Origin: Candidatus Geocrenenecus sp. JGI 0000106-J15
Lineage (GTDB): Archaea > Thermoproteota > Nitrososphaeria_A > Caldarchaeales > Wolframiiraptoraceae
Assembly (NCBI GenBank): GCA_000405685.1
Contig: ASPF01000004.1
Span: 23,027-87,026 of the forward strand
Length of the DNA: 64,000 nt
Direction: 5' to 3'
A program made the translations under genes and the position numbers. The notes under the pieces were generated by a model. That model made no database searches. It saw only the letters and a list, made by a program, of their open reading frames with translations, and had not been told where the DNA came from. This document shows, in pieces, positions 37,029-46,281 of this stretch (positions are counted from its first letter, which is position 1; each line of letters opens with the position of its first letter).

Positions 37029-37931
37029 TCATTTAATTCTGTAAGCTACATAAACAATAATTATTGTTGAGACAACTAGAACTATGAAGAACAGTATAGA
37101 ATATATCGGGTGCATAGAATTATTCCAAGTAGGTTTGGAGTATATCCATGCTACTGTACCATCATTGTTGAGGGTTATTGAGATGAAAGGTGGGACTTGA
37201 CCTCCACCAACCTCGAAGAGTGGTCTCTTATCAAATACTTGTCCATCATCTATATACCATCCATTTAATACTTTTTTTCCATCAACTAGTATTGAATGCA
37301 GGATTGCTTCACCCATTTGTTTAAAGATTTCTTCATTACTAGTATATGATTCGAAGGCAACTACTTCTTGTTCACCATCCATGAATGTTGAACTATTATC
37401 AGCCAAGATATCTACATCTATACTTTCCCCTTGTGAGAGATTGGTTATGGATGAAGCCCAAACACCATCATGTTTATCCTCACTAGGTCTATAGTATATT
37501 GAGATGGAGGCTTTATCATTTGGATTGAAGTAAGGGGGAGAATCTAGAAGGACTGCTACGTAAGTCTTGTTATAATGATAAACATTTCTTACATACATGA
37601 AGTAGGTTGTCCAGTAGGTAGAGTTTGGCTGAATTCCTACAGCTGCTTGGATTATTGTTTGCTTTTTCGTCATTATGCTTACTATGAGGTATATAGTTTT
37701 ATCCGTATAGCTAATGTTTGGAAGTGTTAATACAACTGTAATGTTTCTATGTTTACTCCACTCAACTCTAGATCCATCTTCTAGTGGGCTATCATTAGGG
37801 ATCGTTAACCCAAGCCCCCAAGACCTTTGAGTCACCCATGTATCTCTAGAAGGATTTTCATAAAGCATTATAGCTCCAGTAGATAATTGGAGAACGAACA
37901 ACGATGCTATGACGACGCTGAGTTCCTTCAC
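37029..37931 (-). CDS. membrane-anchored extracellular beta-sandwich glycoprotein (possibly G1/eqolisin-like fold)
   Basis: 300 aa. N-terminal signal and C-terminal TM (IYSILFFIVLVVSTIIIVYVAY), with many N-x-S/T sequons. Weak by-eye resemblance to glutamic-peptidase (Peptidase_A4/G1) order: IIQAAVGI..., YWTTYFMYV, ITNLSQGES, GEQEVVAFESY. Confidence 0.5.
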   Translation of the reverse strand: MKELSVVIASLFVLQLSTGAIMLYENPSRDTWVTQRSWGLGLTIPNDSPLEDGSRVEWSKHRNITVVLTLPNISYTDKTIYLIVSIMTKKQTIIQAAVGIQPNSTYWTTYFMYVRNVYHYNKTYVAVLLDSPPYFNPNDKASISIYYRPSEDKHDGVWASSITNLSQGESIDVDILADNSSTFMDGEQEVVAFESYTSNEEIFKQMGEAILHSILVDGKKVLNGWYIDDGQVFDKRPLFEVGGGQVPPFISITLNNDGTVAWIYSKPTWNNSMHPIYSILFFIVLVVSTIIIVYVAYRIK

Positions 37932-38022
37932 TATACCTAGTACGTTAATGAATTAATTGAAAAATTTTACTTACTTATGATTACATAAATAAAAAGAATT
38001 GTAGAGATTTTAAGAAAGCTTT

Positions 38023-38580
38023 CTAGTCTTTTCTCCGCCAGCTAATTATGTATCCTAGTCCGCCAGCAAGTACGCCTATACTAAGCAGTACTATGAATAT
38101 TGTTATCCATAATGGGTATCCTAGCGGTATCCCATAGAATACGTTGACGTGGACTTGTCCAGGGTTCCATCCTAGTCCACCGACTTCAGGAGGTAGCATA
38201 GCTGCGCCTCCTAAATATCCTCCAATCATCATCATCCACGTGGCCCCAACGACGCCGACATTCATTAATACTAAATGTATCCAAGCAAGGAGGTTGGAGA
38301 AGCCGGTATATTTCTTTCCATGAACTCCTTCTATGTAATAGTAGAAGATCGCAGTTACAGCTACTCCTATTACTCCTACTATAAGATATGTTAGATATCC
38401 AACTGTAAACCATTGACCAGCACTACCAAAAGCTATGACTCGGCTTGGCTCTGGCTTTAAGAAGAATATCTGTCCTAATACAATGTATAAGGTTAGTACT
38501 GTGGCTAGTGCTCCTTGGACGATTGCTGCTGTAATAAACCTCGAAGCCCATATGGATTTAATCTGGGTCGACATTGTCAT
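38023..38580 (-). CDS. 4-TM membrane protein, paralog of 36514-37023
   Basis: 185 aa. See the paralog. Conserved WF..GYL.YLIVGVIGV...FYYYIEG and MMIGGYLGG. Confidence 0.6.
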   Translation of the reverse strand: MTMSTQIKSIWASRFITAAIVQGALATVLTLYIVLGQIFFLKPEPSRVIAFGSAGQWFTVGYLTYLIVGVIGVAVTAIFYYYIEGVHGKKYTGFSNLLAWIHLVLMNVGVVGATWMMMIGGYLGGAAMLPPEVGGLGWNPGQVHVNVFYGIPLGYPLWITIFIVLLSIGVLAGGLGYIISWRRKD

Positions 38581-38690
38581 AACGGTGTTATAAGAACTAT
38601 TTAAATATTATTCACCAACAAAGAATCTTAACCCAGAAGCTAAAACCAGCTAAAGCGAATCTCTATATAAGAAGTACGAAGTACTATGGA

Positions 38691-39152
38691 TTATTCAAGT
38701 ATTTCTTTTAATGAGGCGGGAGCAAACCCGTATAGTCCGTCTTCTTTTCTTATAACTAACCCGTCTTTTCTAAGCTCACTTAATCTAGCTCTAGTTATTC
38801 TTTCATCTATTCCTGTATAGTTAGCTATCTCTTTAGGTGTTAAGAGTTCTTTCTCAAATATTCCGATTTTTCTACCTAGGTATGCTCCAGCTAAACATAG
38901 TAGGATTTTTTTCTTAGCATCTCCTCCAACAAGTATGTTTATCCTATCTTCTTTTACTTCAACTTTACCAGAAAGTTTACCTGCAAGCTCTTCAATATCT
39001 ACTGCTCCTACTAATTTCTTAATAACTTGTAAAGATGGATAAAGTTCAGAAAAATACTTATTTACACTCATCCATACTTCTTCATATCCACCTTCAAACT
39101 CCACTTCAGAATCTGCCGTCTTAATTACCACTTTAATCTTTTCTTCCTTCAT
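38691..39152 (-). CDS. winged-helix DNA-binding protein with small N-terminal beta domain
   Basis: 153 aa. C-terminal wHTH (LTPKEIANYTGIDERITRARLSELRKDGLVIRKEDGLYGF) and N-terminal KVVIKTADSEVEFEG. ATGA overlap with the upstream paralog. Confidence 0.55.
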   Translation of the reverse strand: MKEEKIKVVIKTADSEVEFEGGYEEVWMSVNKYFSELYPSLQVIKKLVGAVDIEELAGKLSGKVEVKEDRINILVGGDAKKKILLCLAGAYLGRKIGIFEKELLTPKEIANYTGIDERITRARLSELRKDGLVIRKEDGLYGFAPASLKEILE

Positions 39153-39724
39153 ATCTCTTCCTCCTTGAACATTGTTTCTACATATCTTATTCCTTTCTCC
39201 AGTATTCTAAAACTCTTTCTTCCATTGGTCTTTCCAGATTCTTCAATATATCCCTCTTCTATTAAGTCTGAAACCGCTTGTCTAGGGTTAGCTGGTCTAG
39301 GCCACCTTCTCTGCTCATAGAAGCTTTCGATATCATCATAGGTAAAATCTCGTTCCTCAAATCTGTAGAGATAATACGCTATAGTAAGAATCCTTTGAAG
39401 ATGGGTTTGTGGGTTAAGCTCAGTTGAAAACTCTGTAAATGACATCTTCTTATCTATAGATATAACTCTGGGTGAATGTTTAACAATTTGTCCTTGAAGT
39501 CTTTTTGATATAGCGTCTATCCAGCTTAAGTCAGATATCTTTGATTCAACGAAATCTCTGTCGCCTTCAACTTCTATTTCTAATCCATTCAAATTCAACT
39601 TTATCCTGTATGTTGTCTGTGCACACATACTGAGATTTGACTTCTGATACTTGGTTATAAGCTTTACAGGGTAGGGTAAAAGTGGATTTGGATGACCTAA
39701 GTGGTTTAAGCACGTGTTAAGCAC
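39149..39724 (-). CDS. winged-helix protein, tandem paralog of 38691-39152
   Basis: N-terminal YRIKLNLNGLEIEVEG, central SFTEFSTELNPQTHLQRILTIAYYLYRF..FTYDDIESFY, and C-terminal wHTH-like AVSDLIEEGYIEESGKTNGRKSFRILEKG. The start is uncertain: GTG 39724 or ATG 39628. Confidence 0.5.
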   Translation of the reverse strand: MLNTCLNHLGHPNPLLPYPVKLITKYQKSNLSMCAQTTYRIKLNLNGLEIEVEGDRDFVESKISDLSWIDAISKRLQGQIVKHSPRVISIDKKMSFTEFSTELNPQTHLQRILTIAYYLYRFEERDFTYDDIESFYEQRRWPRPANPRQAVSDLIEEGYIEESGKTNGRKSFRILEKGIRYVETMFKEEEI

Positions 39725-39749
39725 ACTTGCATCCTAGCCATAATCTTCT

Positions 39750-41654
39750 TCAAGATCCTTGGCCATAAACCTTAGAAGAAACCATTTGGTGTAATCTTGC
39801 ACCATCAACTTTTCCACGGTATTCTTTCATCAATTCTCCCATTATTATCGATACAGCTTTACCCGGGTTCTTTAAAACAACTTCTCTATTAAGCTCAATC
39901 AACTGAACTATCTTTTTTTCAATTTCATCTAACTTTACAGGTCTTAATCCCAGAGCCTCGATAGCTTCTGAAACGTTTTTATTAGGATTTTCTGAAAGCC
40001 ATCTTAATACATCGTATGCCGCCTCTTTAGCTACTATTCCTTTAGAAACTAGTCTAAAGAACTCTATGAAGTGTTCATCTCTTAATTCTTCAATTCTTAG
40101 TCCTTCTCTCTTCAAGTTCTTTACATGCTCTGTAAGAATAGATGCAATAACCGTTGGCGGTAATTCTGTCTCATTTATTATTTTCTCAAATAATTCAACC
40201 TTCTCCATGTTTATCAATTCATCAACGATCTGCTTACTTAGATTATATTTTTCTACAAGCCTTCTAGCAACTTCTTCTAAAGTTTGTGGGAGATTTTTCT
40301 TCAGCCAATCAATATATTCTTTTCTTACAGGATACGGTGGAAGATCAGTCTCAGGATACATTCTAGCTGCTCCAGGTCTCGGACGCATATATACAGTTGT
40401 TCCATCGGGTTTAGCGGCACGGGTCTCTGATGGCACACCATGTAATGCTTCTATAGATCTTTCCTTAACATATTCTAATGCTTCTCTCGCTTTATGTTCT
40501 TCATCTGCGACTATTACGATAGCATCAAGATTGGATGCATTAACTTTTTGATAAAGTTTAGAGACTTCTTCAACTGTTATACCGTAACCTGGCAGCTCAT
40601 CTGTATGGAATATTCCTTCAACATCAGTCCAAGCTCTCACTCTACCAGAAAACTCTGAACCTAACCGTATTCTTGGAGCTGCCTCCAATCCAATCAATCC
40701 ACTAAATTTTGGAAGTTTTAATGCAAGAACCGTGCATCCTTCATCTATTTTCTTCTTCAGGAGCTTGGAGCTAGTATTTACGAATATTTCTGTTACATCA
40801 AATATTGGTTGGGTACGGATTTCTTCTTCAGTTATGTTTCTTTTCAATAATTCCTCCTTAATCTTTAGTAGGTGAAGTTGTCTAACTACTTCAAGTTCTA
40901 CTACTCTTGGGATTAGATCTAATTCTTGAACACCTTTAATCTCTATTAGTGCACCATTCTTTATAGAAACATTAAGGTCTTGTCTAATCGTCCCAATACC
41001 TCTCTTTACTTTACCTGTTGCTCTAAGTAGTCTACCGATAGCATATGCCACTTGATAAGCTTCTTCAGGAGATTCTATAACTGGAGCAGTTGAAACTTCT
41101 ATTAATGGTATTCCAAGCCTCCTTAAATCATAATGCACTTCTCCTCTTTTCTGATCTAGTATTTTAGCGGCTTCTTCCTCAAGGCATATAGTCTGTATGG
41201 GTATCTTCTTTCCTGCTACTTCAATCCATCCACCTAAAGCAATTATACAAGTTCTCTGGAAACCAGTTGTATTTGATCCATCGATTACAATCTTCCTCAT
41301 TACATGTATCTCATCTACGGGATTGCTATTCATTAGTAGAGATGCGGTTAGAGCTACTTCAATTGCTTCTTTATTCAAGTCATGGGGAGGCTCTTCATCC
41401 ATCTCAACAAGACATATGGATTTATCATCTCCATGGTAGACTATCTTCTTTTTCTTCTTAGCTTCAAAGATAGCTGCAGGGTCTACTTCACCTAGCTCAC
41501 TTTGAGCTTCTCTCAACCATCTCGTAAATACTACCTCTCTACCTTCTTCTCTAGGCTCTGTAGGGCAGTTGCAGAAGAGCTTATGTTTTGTATCAAGCTG
41601 TCTATGTATCTCTAGACCAACTTTTAATTCTATCTTATTGTAATCAATCTCCAT
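39750..41654 (-). CDS. gatE: Glu-tRNA(Gln) amidotransferase subunit E
   Basis: About 634 aa. N-terminus MEIDYNKIELKVGLEIHRQL, GatB/E core and a C-terminal YqeY-like domain. ATG 41654 is preferred because GGGGTGA lies 6 nt upstream. Follows gatD. Confidence 0.93.
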   Translation of the reverse strand: MEIDYNKIELKVGLEIHRQLDTKHKLFCNCPTEPREEGREVVFTRWLREAQSELGEVDPAAIFEAKKKKKIVYHGDDKSICLVEMDEEPPHDLNKEAIEVALTASLLMNSNPVDEIHVMRKIVIDGSNTTGFQRTCIIALGGWIEVAGKKIPIQTICLEEEAAKILDQKRGEVHYDLRRLGIPLIEVSTAPVIESPEEAYQVAYAIGRLLRATGKVKRGIGTIRQDLNVSIKNGALIEIKGVQELDLIPRVVELEVVRQLHLLKIKEELLKRNITEEEIRTQPIFDVTEIFVNTSSKLLKKKIDEGCTVLALKLPKFSGLIGLEAAPRIRLGSEFSGRVRAWTDVEGIFHTDELPGYGITVEEVSKLYQKVNASNLDAIVIVADEEHKAREALEYVKERSIEALHGVPSETRAAKPDGTTVYMRPRPGAARMYPETDLPPYPVRKEYIDWLKKNLPQTLEEVARRLVEKYNLSKQIVDELINMEKVELFEKIINETELPPTVIASILTEHVKNLKREGLRIEELRDEHFIEFFRLVSKGIVAKEAAYDVLRWLSENPNKNVSEAIEALGLRPVKLDEIEKKIVQLIELNREVVLKNPGKAVSIIMGELMKEYRGKVDGARLHQMVSSKVYGQGS

Positions 41655-41665
41655 GCAATTCACCC

Positions 41666-42988
41666 CTAGGGTAAACTTCTTTCACCTATCTCTCCTGCTA
41701 AAGACGTATACATAATCTTCTTGGTTTCTTCAATATCTGTTGTTTGTGCAAGAGCCCAAGATAGCTTAACATATGCAGTCTCAGGAAGCATATCGTCTAG
41801 AGGCGTAACACCTATCTTTAAGAGATCTCTCCCCGTGGAGTAGACTCTCATGTTTACTCTTCCATATATACATTGAGATGTCATCCCGACGAATACTCCA
41901 TCTTTAAGGATCTTCTCTAGTGTTGGAATTAATCTTCTAGCAACATGACCTAGACCACTACCTTCGATAATGATCCCCCTATAACCCTTCATCCATATGT
42001 CTTCAAGTATATCGTGATTCATTCCTGGGAAGAATTTTAACAATATGGCCTTATCGGAGAATTTTGGGTTAAAGATGTATTGATTACTATCTCGATTGTT
42101 TAAGTCTTTTCTATTGATATGTATTTCTCCATTCTTGTAAAAAGCTATAGGCTCAGCATTTATTGATTTGAAAGCATCCCTACTACTTGTATGATTTTTT
42201 CTAACCCTTGTTCCTCTATGTATTGCTATTACCTCGTCGGAGTGGCCATGATGCATTGCTACACAGACTTCTGCGAACGATGCATGACCAGCTACTTTAA
42301 CCGCCGCAATCAAGTTCGTAGCTGAATCACTCGAAGGTCTATCAGATGATCTCTGTGCTCCTACAAATACTATAGGTATAGGGGGTTTCTGGAGGGCGAA
42401 GCTTAATGCTGCTGCAGAGTACCCCATAGTATCTGTACCATGGGCGATAACTACTCCATCAACCCCTCTCCTAATGTATTCATCTACCTTGATAGCCATC
42501 ATAGACCATTCATTAGGGGTCATATCTTCACTGAATATAGAGAATAAGATTGATGCATCAAGGTCGGCTATGCTTGCCAGCTCTGGTATTATTGATAGTA
42601 GGTCTTCAGCTGTAAGAACTGGTCTAACTGCTCCAGTTCTATAATCGATCCTACTTGCAATAGTTCCACCCGTACCTATTATCGTTACTCTTGGTAGACC
42701 TGGAAGTGGATGAATCTTTTCAGGAGGTCTAAAAACAGGTTTCTTTACTTCTGAAAGCTTTTTAACCTGGATATTGTCTCTATATCTTACACCTATGTTA
42801 TATCCATTTGGAAGTTTTATCACAATATAATATGGGTCGGCCAGTTCATATCTACTCATTAATATACCCTTAATTCCTCTATGTTCATCAATAGCTAATT
42901 CAACCTCATCTCCTACATCGACTCCAACATTTTCTAGTATTTTTCTAACTTTCCCCGTATATCCTTCTAGCCTATTAGGAAAACTCAT
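41666..42988 (-). CDS. gatD: Glu-tRNA(Gln) amidotransferase subunit D (asparaginase-like)
   Basis: Asparaginase motifs TGGTIAS and HGTDTM with an N-terminal GatD-specific domain. The start is either ATG 42988 or ATG 43015. Confidence 0.93.
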   Translation of the reverse strand: MSFPNRLEGYTGKVRKILENVGVDVGDEVELAIDEHRGIKGILMSRYELADPYYIVIKLPNGYNIGVRYRDNIQVKKLSEVKKPVFRPPEKIHPLPGLPRVTIIGTGGTIASRIDYRTGAVRPVLTAEDLLSIIPELASIADLDASILFSIFSEDMTPNEWSMMAIKVDEYIRRGVDGVVIAHGTDTMGYSAAALSFALQKPPIPIVFVGAQRSSDRPSSDSATNLIAAVKVAGHASFAEVCVAMHHGHSDEVIAIHRGTRVRKNHTSSRDAFKSINAEPIAFYKNGEIHINRKDLNNRDSNQYIFNPKFSDKAILLKFFPGMNHDILEDIWMKGYRGIIIEGSGLGHVARRLIPTLEKILKDGVFVGMTSQCIYGRVNMRVYSTGRDLLKIGVTPLDDMLPETAYVKLSWALAQTTDIEETKKIMYTSLAGEIGERSLP

Positions 42989-43232
42989 AATCCTAAATAT
43001 TTCTAGAATAAACATGGTATATCTACTTTTATTCTTCTACTTCATAGTGAAGAGGTAATACTACTGGATGTAACGTATAAAGAGGAGAAAGAGGGATAAC
43101 TAGAGTATTTTACGAATAGTTGATTAGGAATTTAACAAGAACAAGATGAATATTTCACAATTTAGATAATGGAAAATAAATCTACAGGAAGTTAAGTCGC
43201 CGTAGCTGTTGAGAGAGCAGAAGTCAACTATT

Positions 43233-43395
43233 GGGGGCGGTGGGATTTGAACCCACGGTCTCCGGGTATCTTCACTTCAGGACTGCGCTCCAGCGCTTCT
43301 TCATCTCCTTATGGATCAAGCTAATCCTGTGTTTAGGCGCTGGAGCCCGGCGCCGTAGACCTTCAGCCTTTTCAGATTGCTAGGCTACGCCCCCT
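43233..43395 (-). tRNA. tRNA-Trp(CCA) with two introns (D-loop about 17 nt; anticodon-loop 72 nt)
   Basis: The reverse complement gives acceptor GGGGGCG/CGCCCCC and anticodon stem CCGGG/CCCGG. Loop is CTCCAG with CCA (plus strand 43342-43344). A 72-nt insert follows position 37 (plus 43269-43340). Extra nt lie in the D-loop (about plus 43363-43379). T-arm is GTGGG-TTCAAAT-CCCAC. Confidence 0.85.
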
Positions 43396-43668
43396 GTTCT
43401 GAATTCTCTATTCTCCAAATTTAAGTTTAAACTTTAGTTAGGCCACTCGACATTACATAGAAGGGAAAAACAGTATTCTTTAACCGAGTCTAGTTATGAC
43501 TCAATTATTGAAAATTACTGTGATTGTGTATAGTAATCCTTATTAGCGAGTATTTGACAAACCGTACGACGTCTTTTCGTTCATTCGTTCCCCAATTGTA
43601 CTTTTTTCTATTAATTTTTCTAGAATGGGAACGGTTATATAGGACATTTGTCTAATAAACTGACCAGA

Positions 43669-45111
43669 ATGAGGGAAGAGATGAAGATAGAGCAGATGAT
43701 AGATACGTGGAAGAAGATTGATATTAGGTTTATTGATTTACATTTTACAGATATTATTGGTAGGCTACACCATACAACTGTAACTAGCCAGTACTTAGAT
43801 GAAAAATTATTTGAAGAAGGAGTACCTAAACTTGATGGATCATCAATTAAAGGCTTCGCAGAAATACATAGCTCTGATATGGTGTTGAAGCCGGACCCTT
43901 CCACCTTTGCAGTACTTCCATGGCATAACAGTAGTGGAAAGACTTGTAGGATGATCTGTGATATATATAATGGATATGGTGGAGGAAGATCTACTAAGGA
44001 TCCAAGATATGTAGCGCAGAGAGCCGAATCATATCTTAGAGAACTAGGTTATGATTTTTCCTACTGGGGGCCAGAAGTAGAATTCTTCGTGTTCGATAAA
44101 GTATACTGGGATGCTTCAAATCCAAGTAGAGGATTGAGTTACTATATAACGTCTAGGGAGGCTCCATGGAATTCTGGAGAGGATATTCAAGGTTATCCGA
44201 TTAGGTTTAAGGAAGGATATTTTCCTACTCCACCTCAAGACACTTTAATGGATTTTAGGAACGAGGTTTGTAGAATCTTGGAAGAATACTTCAATGTAGA
44301 AGTAGATGCTCATCATCATGAAGTTGCAACTGCAGGTCAATGTGAGATTGATCTGAAATATAGTACACTAGTTACAATGGCGGATAACGTTCAAACGTAT
44401 AAGTATGTAGTCAAGAATATTGCAAGACAGATGGGGTTGATTGCTACTTTCATGCCTAAACCAATATATGGAGATAATGCTTCAGGAATGCATGTTCATA
44501 TAAGTATATGGAAGAATGGGGAAAACATATTCTACGACCAGGAAGATGAGTATGCTGAGTTGAGCCAAACTGCAAGATACTTTATCGGTGGAATACTTGA
44601 ACATAGTAGAGCATTAACTGCAATAGTTGCTCCTACAACTAATTCTTATAGAAGACTCGTTTCAGGCTATGAAGCTCCAGTCTACATTGCTTGGAGCAAA
44701 TCTAACAGGTCTGCGAATGTTAGAATCCCTGCATACCATAGAGGAAGAAACAATTCAACATTTAAGAGGATAGAATTTAGAACGCCAGATTCTTCTGCTA
44801 ACCCATATCTATCCTTTGCATCGATACTTGCAGCAGGATTAGATGGGATTAAACATAAAATTGATCCTGGGGATCCAGTAGACGAAGATATCTATAGGCT
44901 GACCTCTGAACGTAGAAGAGAATTAGGAGTTAAAGAGCTACCGCGTAGCTTAAAGGAAGCAGTTGAATCATTAGAATCTGATAGAGAATTTTTAAAATCA
45001 GTCATGACAGATGACTTAATTAATACAATAATAGAATTAGAGTTGAATTATTTCTACGAAGTAAACTCTAAACCACATCCCTACGAATTCTACCTGTACT
45101 TTGACATATAA
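43669..45111 (+). CDS. glnA: glutamine synthetase, type I
   Basis: IDLHFTDIIGRLHH, FDGSSI, PKPIYGDNASGMHVHISIW and NSYRRLVSGYEAP motifs. ATG 43669 is preferred over TTG 43648. Confidence 0.95.
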   Translation: MREEMKIEQMIDTWKKIDIRFIDLHFTDIIGRLHHTTVTSQYLDEKLFEEGVPKLDGSSIKGFAEIHSSDMVLKPDPSTFAVLPWHNSSGKTCRMICDIYNGYGGGRSTKDPRYVAQRAESYLRELGYDFSYWGPEVEFFVFDKVYWDASNPSRGLSYYITSREAPWNSGEDIQGYPIRFKEGYFPTPPQDTLMDFRNEVCRILEEYFNVEVDAHHHEVATAGQCEIDLKYSTLVTMADNVQTYKYVVKNIARQMGLIATFMPKPIYGDNASGMHVHISIWKNGENIFYDQEDEYAELSQTARYFIGGILEHSRALTAIVAPTTNSYRRLVSGYEAPVYIAWSKSNRSANVRIPAYHRGRNNSTFKRIEFRTPDSSANPYLSFASILAAGLDGIKHKIDPGDPVDEDIYRLTSERRRELGVKELPRSLKEAVESLESDREFLKSVMTDDLINTIIELELNYFYEVNSKPHPYEFYLYFDI

Positions 45112-45172
45112 CATTTAACACTATCTTCAGTTAGTCTTGAAGAGTTTTTAGACAGTATTTTATCTATCATAC

Positions 45173-45622
45173 ATGCATAAACCATCCCTTCAAAAAAGTT
45201 TAATCATCATTTTGATCACTATAGCTGCTGTATCAACTTTGTTTATTCTCTATCAGAACAAAGAACGCAATACGATCAATGTATTATTAGATATAGAATT
45301 CAAGCTTAGAATCAGTGAAAAAGCTTTTATCAAAGATGCTGAAGTGACTGTAACATTTATAAGAGTTGTTGAAGATAGTAGATGCCCCTCAAATGTTTAT
45401 TGTTTCTGGGCTGGAAGAGCAATAGTAGAATTAAGCTTTACAAAAAATAATAAAGAGATTGGCAGAGTTAACCTAACTATTCCAGGTGATGAGGAAAAAG
45501 AATTTGATGGATATGTTATTAGATTGATAAGGATTGAGCCTCAGAGAGAATATCCAGATAAGATGCAAATCTCTCCCTCAGATTATAGAATCACTTTAAT
45601 AATTTCGAAGAAGACAACTTAA
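45173..45622 (+). CDS. hypothetical exported protein with EDSRCP...C.WAG beta-domain
   Basis: 149 aa. N-terminal TM/signal (LIIILITIAAVSTLFIL), then VVEDSRCPSNVYCFWAGRAIVEL, a motif I recall from uncharacterised lipoprotein-like domains. Function unknown. Confidence 0.5.
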   Translation: MHKPSLQKSLIIILITIAAVSTLFILYQNKERNTINVLLDIEFKLRISEKAFIKDAEVTVTFIRVVEDSRCPSNVYCFWAGRAIVELSFTKNNKEIGRVNLTIPGDEEKEFDGYVIRLIRIEPQREYPDKMQISPSDYRITLIISKKTT

Positions 45623-45717
45623 TTAGTGAATTAGTAGATTCAGCCATTTACTTAAAGATAGTTTATATTATACAACAAGATCATGGGGAGAGGAATTCTA
45701 TTAAGAGGTTAATCGTA

Positions 45718-46281
45718 ATGCCTATTACGATACTTCACGTGGTCTATGTCTGGCCAATTTTGAAAAGATTCAGGAATGAGAGGCTTACATTAGTCATAGG
45801 GTCGATTATACCTGATCTTGAGATACCTCTATTAACTATGATGGGTTATGCAATCCCTAGAGGGCTAGCCCACTCAATAATAGGAGCTCTAACTATTGAT
45901 AGCTTGATAGTTCTTCTAGCTACGAAGATAATCTACAGCTTCCCGAGAGTTATTAGTAGTCTCGGAGTCAACCCTCGTTCTAGTGTAAGCTTGATCTACT
46001 CATGGAATGCTGCCAGCGTTGGAGCATTAACCCATGTATTAATAGATTATCTACATCATTCCTATAATCCAATATTATGGCCTATAATAAATGACTACAT
46101 AGAAGGACCATTAACAATATTCTTAGGTTATCTCTATGCATCGCTACTCCTACACATTATCTCAATAATACTATTGACTTCGATAATACTTTACTCTTCT
46201 AGAATTCTAAAGATTAGTTTACGGAGATTATTATCTTCACCTAGTAATCTATACAGGGTGTTAGTTGAGCCTGATTTTTAA
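45718..46281 (+). CDS. membrane-embedded metal-dependent hydrolase-like protein (DUF4184/YdjM, PLC-nuclease superfamily)
   Basis: 187 aa and multi-TM. MPITILH..., GSIIPDLEIPL, LAHSIIG and THVLIDYLHH..NPILWP match the His/Asp pattern of that superfamily, by recollection only. Confidence 0.5.
   Translation: MPITILHVVYVWPILKRFRNERLTLVIGSIIPDLEIPLLTMMGYAIPRGLAHSIIGALTIDSLIVLLATKIIYSFPRVISSLGVNPRSSVSLIYSWNAASVGALTHVLIDYLHHSYNPILWPIINDYIEGPLTIFLGYLYASLLLHIISIILLTSIILYSSRILKISLRRLLSSPSNLYRVLVEPDF

Noticed and set aside
40066-40551. 161-aa plus-strand ORF (and 41197-41461) inside gatE
   Set aside because: Antisense to the well-supported gatE gene. No motifs and Ser-rich composition.
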